Assembly (NCBI GenBank): GCA_001275005.1
Contig: JWZX01003001.1
Location: 1 to 64,000 of the forward strand
Reading direction: 5' to 3'
Length of the DNA: 64,000 bases
Source of the DNA: Chrysochromulina tobinii
Taxonomy: Eukaryota
Positions 42,980 through 52,552 of the stretch are shown here, in pieces. A program made the translations under genes and the position numbers. The notes under the pieces were generated by a model. The model saw nothing but the letters and a program-made list of their open reading frames with translations, did no database searches and was not told the origin of the DNA. Every line of letters begins with the position of its first letter. The first letter of the stretch is position 1.

Positions 42980-44772
42980 CTAGCAGCAGCGCGTGTCGTT
43001 CGGATGGTCGCTTGGGAACTCGTCGAAGCTCGCAAAAGAGGTGCCGCCGAGCCATTTGGCGTAGCCGGTGCATGCATCCGGCTGCGCAAAGGAGCGGAGG
43101 TCGTGCGAGGCGGTGCAGCGCACCTTCGAGCCCCGATACGAGCCACCCCATCCAGGCGGACCGAGGGTCGCACTCGGCTCCGGCGGATGCACGCACGTGC
43201 TATTATCCTCGGTGAGGTAGTGCCGCGCGAACCACGTCTCTCGCGCGTAGTGCCGCCACAGGTCATCCTCGCAATCAATGCGCACGGCGCCCTTGCCGGC
43301 TCTGGGCGTGAAGCGCTGGCGCTTGGAGTAGCCTCGCAGCAACTCGGCCATGAACTTGGTCACCTCGGCTATGTCGAGCGTGGCCAGCCGAGCACGCCCC
43401 GCCTGTGCCACCGCGCGCGCGTACGAGTCGTTCCGCCGTAATCGCTCCACCATGGCGGGCACGTCAGCCGCCGTGGGGACCGTCACGTAATGGACCCCTG
43501 GTAACAGCCCATGCTCATAAAACTCCTTGTGGGTCATGCCGTCCTGCACGTAGATCACGACCGAGCCGCAGAGCAGCAGGTACTTGAACTTGTTCGCGTA
43601 CCCAATGGACGCCGAGTTGAGCAGGTACTTGTACCGGCACTGCTGCTGGAAGGTCATGTAGCACAGATGCTGCTGGAAGCCACCCTTGCGCTCGAGGCCG
43701 AGCTCATGGCACGTGCGCCGGATCTTATTGTGATCGCCAATGAAGAGCTCGTTCACAAGCATCGTGTCCGGATGCGAGCCGGCGACCAAGGCCAGCCGCT
43801 TTCGGAAGGGTGAGCCTACGTTGCCCGTGTGCATCGCGAGCTCAATCTTGTCCTCCCAGCGCACCGCCGCCGACTGATGAGAGAGGCAATCAGAGACCGA
43901 TGAGAGAGGCAATCAGAGACTATCAGATGGCCTCGGATGGCAATCACCTGCGCGAGCATCTGCGGGTGCAGGATCTTCCAGGGCGGCGTGCGCAGCTTGT
44001 GGTCCTTTTGCGGCATGAAGAAGCTGAAGTCGAGCCACGGCAGATCGAGGTGGTGTCGCGAGATCGTCGACGAGAAGAGCGGCGGCGGCAGGTCAGCGTC
44101 AGGACGGCGCGTCGCACCGGCGGCCTTGGGGCGTGCGGTGCCCGGGTACGCGGCGCAGAGCCGGCTCCAATATTTCGGGGTCACGAACGTCTTGATCCGA
44201 GGCTCGTCAACGGCCGCCACCACGAGATCGACATCGGGCAGGTTGGGATGCCGTCGCAGCGTCTCGAGCAGAGGCAGCACGCGAGACGGCGCGTAGTACC
44301 GGTCGTAGAAGATGGCGCGGTAATCGGTGATGTAGAGATGGCCGCCGATGACTTGCGCGCGCAGGCAGTACATCGTGCCATTGTCGTCGCAGGTCCTGAC
44401 AGCAGCTTCAAGCATATGTTCGGTGACCTGATCAAAGGGCAGGAGGAGCTCGTGCACCAGAATGCTCCAGTCCCAATGCCCGTGAACATCCACGGCTGCC
44501 GAGAGCTCCTCACCAACAATCGCCCCAGCGGAGCTACCTGCCGACCTGCCAGAGGCCTCTCCGCTGTCACACGGCCTCGCCAGTGGCGGCGGAGCTGCCG
44601 ATGCTGAGAGTTGCTCCAGCCGCGCAAGCTTGGCTCTTAGCTTCGAGTTGGAAGCTCGCAGGAGTTCGATCTCGCGCGATTGGCTGTCCACCTGGCCGCG
44701 GATGACCACTGTCACGAGCAGGCCGACACAGGTGCCGAGCACCGCGAAGAACCACTCTATCTTCGTCGGCAT
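42980..44772 (-). CDS. Glycosyltransferase family 90 (CAP10/KDELC/POGLUT-like), type II membrane protein
   Basis: Exons 44772-43948 and 43873-42980. N-terminal TM and coiled coil; LPDVDLVV...DEP, WEDK, YKYLLN...YANKFKYLLLCGSVV, EFYEHGLLPGVHYV. Confidence 0.88.
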
Positions 44773-44964
44773 CACGCAAACACGTGGGCGCCAGTCGTGA
44801 GGACCGCATTGCGAAAAGCGCTGCGCTGGGCGTTTTTTTGTACATGAGAGGATGTCAATCGTTATTTCGCCGAGCCACGAAGGTCGCATAGTCGCGAACT
44901 GTACCCTTAAGTTTGCCAAGTTTTGCCAAGTTTGCCAAGTTTGCTGGCCCCTCCATCAGGGCTG

Positions 44965-47412
44965 ATGTCTGCCGACGGCCGCGAGCCAGCCATTGCTCAA
45001 CTATCCGAGCCCGAGCTCGATACCTTAGAGCAGCTGCGTAGCAAAGGCGATAGAAAGGCTCTGCATGAGCGGCTCAAGTCCCTCGGCTTTGCAACGCTTG
45101 GCGCACGCCTTCGCGCTGACGCTTGTCTTCAACATCGCTCCGAGGCATCGGCGGCGCTGCGTACCACGCCACCCACTGCGCCGCCGTTTTCGCCGACGAT
45201 AGCGTCAAGCGGTGCCCCGTCTGCATTGCACACCATGCCGCCGCCGCCGCCATCCGTGATCGACACCAACGACACCGACCTGAGTGCGGAGCAGTGCACA
45301 TTGCTGCTGCGGGACCTGCTGCGCAAGTACGCGGAGCCCGAGTTCCGCGCCATGCTCGACGAGACACAGCGCTCATTTAAAGGCCTGGGCGAATCGGGCC
45401 TCTCCGAGCCCATCTGGGCTCATCTGGCTCCGATATTGCTGCGCGTCCAGGCCCCCGTGCTCGCGAAGTACGGGCTGCCTCCTAGTCCGACGGGAGTTGA
45501 GCTGATGAAGTTTGCCATCCACCGGCGCATCGCCGAGGGCGCGACCGAGCTGCAGCCGCTCGCCAACGAGGCGCGGCGCGTGCTTGGCTTGCAGCCGTTG
45601 CCCAACACGCGCATGCAACGGGTGGAGGACCTCCTCGCTCAGATGGCCGAGATCACATCTCATGCAGATGCAATCTCGCGCCGCACCGAGATCACATCTC
45701 GAATAGATACCATCAATAGGGTTCATCCCATTGGGGGACGGCCGAAGGCGTGCGGCGCAGTGCACGTGGCGCTGGATGCGAAGCTGCAAGCTGCTCGGAC
45801 CTCAGGGAAGCTGGCGCCGCCCGCCACGGCGCTCCTCGAGTCGATCGTGGCGCACCTCTCCCCTTCGCTGGCATCGTGCCTGGTGGCGATGGCGACTGCA
45901 GGCTTACCGGTGGCCGCACTGCGCTCCGTCGCCGCTGCCGACGTATCGACGGACCCGCTTCGGGCGTCGTCTCGGGCGCTGCACGAGGTACCCGTGCTGC
46001 ACAGCCTGCCGACGGCCGCCGCCTTTTTCACCGCGCACGTGCTGCCGTCGCTACCGGCAGTGCTCCGAGGGGTGGTGAACGCGCAGACGTTTCCGCCGAT
46101 GGCGAACTTTCCGAATTTGGGCTACTTGCGCCGCCGATGTGCCCACCGGCGCGTGCCCGTCAAGTCCCTCGCTCTCGAGGACCAGGAGGGACGACCCGTC
46201 TTTGTGAGCGAGCCGAGCCTTGACGATAGAGGAGATCTCCTCGACTCCTTGATCTCCTTGATCTCCACCGATCTCCACCGATCTCCACCGATCTCCACCA
46301 ATCTCCACAGGTGAGCGACCCCGAGATCAAGATGCCTCTTGTTGGCTTCCTGAGCGCCGTCGAGGGGTCGGAGGCTTCGGGCAAGCGATGTCCCTTTTAC
46401 CTTGGGAAGGTGGGATTGCACACTGATGACTACTGATGACTACTGATGATTACTGATGACTACTGATGTCTGCTGATGACTGCTGATGACTACTGATGAC
46501 TACTGATGACCTCGCCCAATCCTGATCCCGCGACATCTCGCGACACGTGGCCACTGATTGGCTCTCTGATGGGCTCTCTGATGACTACTGTACTGATTGG
46601 CGCTCCGATGGGCTCTCTGATAGGTTCCGCTGCGCGCTGAGCTGCCCGAGCTCGATGAAGACCTCGCGGGATCGCCCTGCCTGCCCGTTACGGCGCTCGC
46701 ACCCGAGTGCTTCGGCTCGCTCAATAAGGAAGGTGTGTACACCTACTTTGGGTGCGACCGCAATGTGACCGCCACCCACTTTGACGGGTACGAGAACTTG
46801 CTCGTGTGCCTGAGTGGCACGAAACGGTTGTGGCTCTACCCGCCCTCTGACGCGCGCTATTTATACGCTGGGGCCGGGGCCAAGGGCGATGCTTCGCGCG
46901 CGGCCGCGCCGCCGTTTCAAACGTTCGAGCAGCTGCCCGCCGAGCTGCGCGCAACCTTTGGCGACGTGGCGCACGCGCGCCCTCTCGAGGTGCATCTCGG
47001 GCCGGGAGATTGCCTCTACCTGCCCGCGTGCTGGTGGCACTGCGTCGAGGGCTCGCGCGAGCGTAACATGATCCTCAACTGGTGGTTCGACGTGCACGAT
47101 AAGAAGCGCAATCACGAGGGCGAGCTTCCGAGTCTCGATCACCGCAATCACGAGGAGGGCGAGCTTCCGAGTCTCGATCACCGCAATCACGAGGAGGGCG
47201 AGCTTCCGAGTCTCGATCACCGCAATCACGAGGAGGGCGAGCTTCCGAGTCTCGATCACCGCAATCACGAGGAGGGCGAGCTTCCGAGTCTCGATAACCG
47301 CAATCACGAGGGCGAGCTTCCGAGTCTCATTAACGGTCTTGAGAGGGAGAGAGCCTTTTTGGATGACGGCCCCGTGTTGGCTGCTCTCTGTGCACCTCCT
47401 GCTCCTGCATGA
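44965..47412 (+). CDS. JmjC/cupin-8 2-oxoglutarate oxygenase with N-terminal C10-like helical domain and C-terminal 12-aa repeats
   Basis: Exons 44965-46203, 46311-46409, 46624-47412. Fe ligands HFD (TATHFDGYEN) and WWH; GTKRLWLYPP; LGPGDCLYLP. Confidence 0.88.
47106..47328 (+). repeat. Exonic 33/36-nt tandem repeat (RNHEEGELPSLDH), six units
   Basis: CGCAATCACGAG(GAG)GGCGAGCTTCCGAGTCTCGATCAC units are directly visible. Confidence 0.95.
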
Positions 47413-48622
47413 TGTGACGTCGACGCGTGACGGAAATCTCACGCACTCAAACACGTTCGCCTCGCACGGTTCTTACTTCCGCTTGCCGTGGCGTACTGTC
47501 TACTGATCCGATCTGGGGACGATGACGTTGACGAATTACTGTGCGCGGCGGCCACTGCACCTGCCGCTTGCGCCGCTGCACCGGCCGCTTGCGCCGCTGC
47601 ACGGCCTGCCGCGTACAGCTCCGCTCAGAGGAGGAAGGACGAAGCACGCAGACGTTGACCGAACGCGTTCCATTCCGCGTGCAGTACAATTCGATTGGAG
47701 AGAACCTTTAAGCGCTCCTAACCCCCCGCCATCGTTCTGAATTCTGTATAGAACTGTAACATACGATAATCGATATTCAGCAATTCATATACACTCGTCG
47801 ACTCGACTCGTCGACACACGCGCCGTTTCCCAGAGACATCACGCCGATAGCGCCGCGATAAGGCATAAGCCTCCCGCGGCATTCTAAACATTCAATCCCT
47901 TAACGAGCTCACGTCCGAGAATCACCGCACGGAGCCACCGCGCGCACGACCGCTCTGTTATGACTTATGTTTTGCTCATGTGCTCTCTTTTGTGCCGTGA
48001 TCACCTGCACCATCTGGGCCAGCGTCGGCGAGCCTCCACCCTTGCTCCACGGCACAGATGCAGGCATATAGGCTCCCGGGGGCCCCCATGGTATGGCGCC
48101 ATCCGCGCAACTCCTTCCCTTCCCACTCAGACCGGACCTGCGCCACCACGCGAGGACGCCACACGCACGAGCGGCCGTGAGAGTCGCGGCAGCGCGGGCT
48201 CACCACGCCGGCGCCGGGCCGCACGCAGGGGGCGGGCCGCACGCGCGGTGGCACGGCGCGGCCGCCTCGCCGGGCGGAGGGTGGGGGGGCGCGCGGGAGG
48301 GCGGAGGGCGCGCGCGCGGCGAGGGTCGAGCTGAGTTCGATTCTCGGAGGGCTTACGGCACCGGCACTCGAGGAACCCCTGCACATCTGCGGCAATCACT
48401 CCACCTCCCCTCCCTGCATCTCGGCTGGAATGCGGCTCCACGTCGGCTGGTGTAGGTGCCCGCGGCGCGCCCTTGGTATAGTGGCTGCTATCTGGGGTCG
48501 TCGCGGCATGGTGGGCGGCACCACGGTTATCAGCCAAGCCCTTCAACGAAGATGCCCCCCATCCCAGTCAAAATTACCTGCGAATGGGAGAGGGAAGAGT
48601 GGTTAACACGAAGTGGCAAGGG

Positions 48623-51600
48623 TCAACCTGGGTTCGAATTCTTGGAGGGGGACTTACAACAACGCCAATGACGTGGTTCAAGGTAATAATACTGGCCATC
48701 AGTCGATTGATAACGGAGAGGAAGGGAAGGAAAACCAGCCGCCCTGCCCTCTTCGTAGGTGAAGCCGGCCTCATAGCATTCCCTCCCAGCCTTGAAACCA
48801 GCCGCCCTCGCGTCCTTGCAGGTCGACAGCAAGTCAGCATCCTTCGCGTCCTTGCAGGTGAATCCAGCCTCCCTCGCGTCCTTGCAGGTCGACAGCAAGC
48901 CAGCCTCCTTCGCGTCCTTGCAGGTGAACCCAGCCTCCCTCGCCTCCTTGCAGGTCGACAGCATGCCAGCCTCCCTCGCGTCCTTGCAGGTGAACCCAGC
49001 CCTTCTCGCGTCCCAGCAATCGAACCCAGCCTCCTTCGCGTCCCAGCAGGTGAACCCAGCCTCCTTCGCGTCCTTACAGGTCCACAGCATGCCAGCGTCC
49101 TTCGCGTCCTTGCAGGTGAACCCAGCCTCCCTCGCGTCCTTGCAGGTGAACCCAGCCGCCCTCGCGTCCTTGCAGGTGAACCCAGCCCTTCTCGCTTCCT
49201 CGCAGGTGAACCCAGCCCTTCTCGCGTCCCAGCAATCGAACCCAGCCCTTCTCGCGTCCCAGCAATCGAACCCAGCCTCCTTCGCGTCCTTGCAGGTGAA
49301 CCAAGCCGCCTTCGCGTCCTTGCAGGTGAACCCAGCCTCCTTTGCGTCCTTGCAGGTGAACCCAGCCGCCTTCGCGTCCCAGCAGGTGAACCCAGCCTCC
49401 TTCGCGTTCTTGCAGGTGAACCCAGCCTCCTTCGCGTCCTTGCAGGTGAACCCAGCCTCCTTCGCGTTCTTGCAGGTGAACCCAGCCTCCGTCGCGTCCT
49501 TGCAGGTGAACCCAGCCTCCTTCAGCGCGGTGAACCCAGCCGCCTTCGCGTCCTTGCAGGTGAACCCAGCCTCCTTCGCGTCCTTGCAGGTGAACCCAGC
49601 CGCCCTCGCGTCCTTGCAGGTGAACCCAGCCTCCTTTGCGTCCTTGCAGGTGAACCCAGCCTCCCTCGCGTCCTTGCAGGTCGACAGCATGCCAGCCGCC
49701 CTCGCGTCCTTGCATGCATAGCCCGCCGCCATGGCCACCTTCAGCGCGATCTGGAGCTGCGCCGCCGCGTACCCAGCATTGGCAGCGTCCGCCTTGGTAA
49801 AGCCGCCGCGCAGGATCTCAGACAACACGTACCCTGCCTCCATGACGGCCTCCAGCTGAAAGCCCGCCTCCTTGAGGCCCTCGACATAGTTAGCTCGCTT
49901 GACCTCCTCCAAAGTATAGCCCGCGCTCTTGGCCTCGGCGCATGTCAGCCCCGCCGCCTTGACCTCGGCACACGTGTAGCACGCCCTGATCTCAAACCCG
50001 GCGGTCTTAGCCTCACGTGCCGTATAGCCAGCTTGCTGGACCTCCTCCAAAGTATAGCCCGCTCTCTTGGCCTCGGCGCTTGTCAGCCCCGCCGCCTTGA
50101 CCTCGGCGCACATGTAGCCCGACTTGATCTCGTACCCGGCGGCCTTGGCCTCACGTGCTGTATAGCCAGCTCGCTTGACGTCTTCCACCGTGTAGCCCGC
50201 GGTCTTCGCCTCGGCGCATGTGATCCCCACCGCCTTGAGCCCCTCGATGTAACCTTTGGCTCGTAGCTGCTTCAGCGTCAGGCCTGAGTCCAGCGCATCC
50301 TTCAGGGCCTTCTCCGCTCTCGCCGCCGCCACCGCCCTCTCCTTCTCCATTCTCTTCGCGTACGCCTCCTCCGACTCGGAGCATAGCCCAAAGCAATAGC
50401 TCTGCATCTCGGCGGGCGTGGGCTCGGAGGCAGGGGATTTCCCCGTAAGACTCTCGCGCTCCATGGCCAAGGGTGCGACCGGCGGCTGCGGCGTGGGCTT
50501 GGACACCGCCTCCGGGCTGAGGACCCGCACCTCGTCCCACCTGTACCCAGCGGTCCACGCGGCTCCGTCGGGCTGCACCATCAGCGGCTCCACGGACATC
50601 ACCGTGCCGACTTGCCAGCTCTGGCCGCGGTCGCGGCACTCGACGCGTTCCTTGAGTGTAAAGCGTAGCGGCGGGGGCTGCGGCGGGGGCTTGGTTGGGC
50701 TCGCCAGGGGCTGCGGCGTGCCCTCGGCCGCAGCATTCCAGTTGTGGCCCGTGAGGCTGGGCTTCGCCGCCGAGGCAGCCTTCTCGCCGGCCGCGCTCGT
50801 CGGGAACTCCCACTGCGTCTCGCGCGTCGCGGTCTTATAGTAGTATGTCTTTCCGCTCGTCGGATCCGTCACCGAGCCCCAACCCTGTGGCAGCTGCTCG
50901 GAGGCAGCGGCGTTCTCCGGCACACCCTCGCGCAAGGGGTTGACCCAGAACAGGCTCCCGACCTTGTCGCGTGCAGAGTTGATGAAGCGCGAAATCCGGT
51001 TGTCTAAAATCGGGCTGTCCGCGATGCGCAGATCCTTGTCAGAGCACATCTCTTGCGCCCCGCCAGAGCCACGCTCTCCGAGCTCCACCGTGTACGAGTC
51101 CTTGGCGGCATCGTACGTCGTCACATAGCCTGAGACTTCCTCTCCGTGACCTCGATTCACGTACACGCGGCTGCCGAGGGGGAAGCGCGTCCCATCTGAC
51201 GGCTCACCCGAGGACTTGGGGGGAGGCGGCGCCGGTGCCGCCGTGGGTGGCGTTGGCGCATCCACTGGCGTCGGAAGATACTGGTCAATCTGCGCCATGA
51301 TGTCTTTCAGGGCATTGGCTCGGTTGAGCACCGTGCCGGGGTTGGGTATGTTGTTGAGCTTGTTAAGTTTGGACTGTACGCGAAATTTCATCATCTCCCA
51401 CTCCTGGTCGTCGAGGTTCGTCCACTGGTCCTCTTTGGCGGGCAGCTTGTCCTCAAAGCGCACAGGTAGGAGAGCGATCTTGTTCTCGATGGCCGTGCTG
51501 ATCTCTTTCAGGCACGGCCTAGACTTGTACAAGGCCGCGGTGAGGACGACGATGAGCACCTTTGGCTTCTCACGCTTCCCGTTCTCGCCAGTCAGGCGCA

Positions 51601-51895
51601 GCATGAAGGTCTCCCAGTCCACGCCGGGGGGCACTTGCAGCCCGGAGAAGCACTGCAGGCCGCGCTCGTGGAGAAAGTCACTCATCCCCTTGGCGTACAC
51701 CACCCCGGGCCCAGAGCCCTCGCAGTCGCCAGGCCGGCGGCCGGACGCATACGACAGGACAAGGGAGGGGTAGAAATCTTCGTACTTGGTGCCCCTCGGA
51801 AGATGCGTGCACACTTCGCGCTTACATTCCTCCAGCTGCTCCAGTGTGATCGCATCTGGCACGACGAAGCGGCCCTCGTGTAGAACCAGCTCCAT
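48623..51895 (-). CDS. TIR-domain protein with SH3/Tudor-like modules, WW domain and a long Cys-containing decapeptide repeat array
   Basis: TIR-like LVLSYASG...VLIVVLTAALYKSRPCLKEISTA...LLPV; WW LPQGW...GKTYYY...TQWEFP; then (CKDAKEAGFT)n. Start taken at MELVLHEG. Confidence 0.8.
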   Translation of the reverse strand: MELVLHEGRFVVPDAITLEQLEECKREVCTHLPRGTKYEDFYPSLVLSYASGRRPGDCEGSGPGVVYAKGMSDFLHERGLQCFSGLQVPPGVDWETFMLRLTGENGKREKPKVLIVVLTAALYKSRPCLKEISTAIENKIALLPVRFEDKLPAKEDQWTNLDDQEWEMMKFRVQSKLNKLNNIPNPGTVLNRANALKDIMAQIDQYLPTPVDAPTPPTAAPAPPPPKSSGEPSDGTRFPLGSRVYVNRGHGEEVSGYVTTYDAAKDSYTVELGERGSGGAQEMCSDKDLRIADSPILDNRISRFINSARDKVGSLFWVNPLREGVPENAAASEQLPQGWGSVTDPTSGKTYYYKTATRETQWEFPTSAAGEKAASAAKPSLTGHNWNAAAEGTPQPLASPTKPPPQPPPLRFTLKERVECRDRGQSWQVGTVMSVEPLMVQPDGAAWTAGYRWDEVRVLSPEAVSKPTPQPPVAPLAMERESLTGKSPASEPTPAEMQSYCFGLCSESEEAYAKRMEKERAVAAARAEKALKDALDSGLTLKQLRAKGYIEGLKAVGITCAEAKTAGYTVEDVKRAGYTAREAKAAGYEIKSGYMCAEVKAAGLTSAEAKRAGYTLEEVQQAGYTAREAKTAGFEIRACYTCAEVKAAGLTCAEAKSAGYTLEEVKRANYVEGLKEAGFQLEAVMEAGYVLSEILRGGFTKADAANAGYAAAQLQIALKVAMAAGYACKDARAAGMLSTCKDAREAGFTCKDAKEAGFTCKDARAAGFTCKDAKEAGFTCKDAKAAGFTALKEAGFTCKDATEAGFTCKNAKEAGFTCKDAKEAGFTCKNAKEAGFTCWDAKAAGFTCKDAKEAGFTCKDAKAAWFTCKDAKEAGFDCWDARRAGFDCWDARRAGFTCEEARRAGFTCKDARAAGFTCKDAREAGFTCKDAKDAGMLWTCKDAKEAGFTCWDAKEAGFDCWDARRAGFTCKDAREAGMLSTCKEAREAGFTCKDAKEAGLLSTCKDAREAGFTCKDAKDADLLSTCKDARAAGFKAGRECYEAGFTYEEGRAAGFPSLPLRYQSTDGQYYYLEPRHWRCCKSPSKNSNPG
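48800..49720 (-). repeat. Coding 30/36-nt tandem array, about 30 near-identical units
   Basis: Plus strand TCGCGTCCTTGCAGGTGAACCCAGCC(T/G)CC units. More diverged units continue to ~50280. Confidence 0.95.
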
Positions 51896-52552
51896 GAGAC
51901 AGCCTTCGCGCGTCCACGTCCAGCGAACGCTGCCTTCTTCCTTGGGGACCCCGCTCTTGCCACGAGACAGCCTTCGCTCACGACCTAAGCTGCTCTTCGA
52001 TGCCGCGAGAGTGCACAGGGCCTCTCGGAGGCGTGCGTCCACAAAGTTTTTCTTTCGGTTTCGTCCCAAAATTTCGTTACTTTTACTCAAAGTGAGGAGC
52101 CCCGTCCAACCAACCCACACTCCTTGATCATCGCGTTCAGCTGCCTGCGCAAGCGAGCGCTGCGGCGGGCGATAGGTCCCGAGGGACGCCCACCCGATCG
52201 CGCAAGGTATGCACTCACATATACGGTTCGCCGGCGCGCGCTTCTTTCACTCGCCGTGGCGTACGGTACTGTCTACTGAGATACTGTACCGTAGCGGGTC
52301 GAAACGCGCACAATATTATCAAAGATTCGTCGAACGTATGCGGCAGAAATCCAATTGTGCAATTGACGTCCCGGTGACAGAGCGAGAGACGTCGCTCGTA
52401 CGAACCGGAACATACAGGACAAACTACACACAAGCGAAGTTGCAACTTGGATCGGATTAGGGCCATCGATAAGGGACGGGAGGCTCGCTGTTCCACGACG
52501 CGGCGAAAACGTGCAGCACACCTCCTCACTAGCTCTTGCCGCTTTCTCTCTC

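Noticed and set aside
47106..49720. 30-36 nt repeat arrays as possible CRISPR arrays
   Set aside because: No unique spacers, units are in-frame coding repeats, and there are no cas genes.
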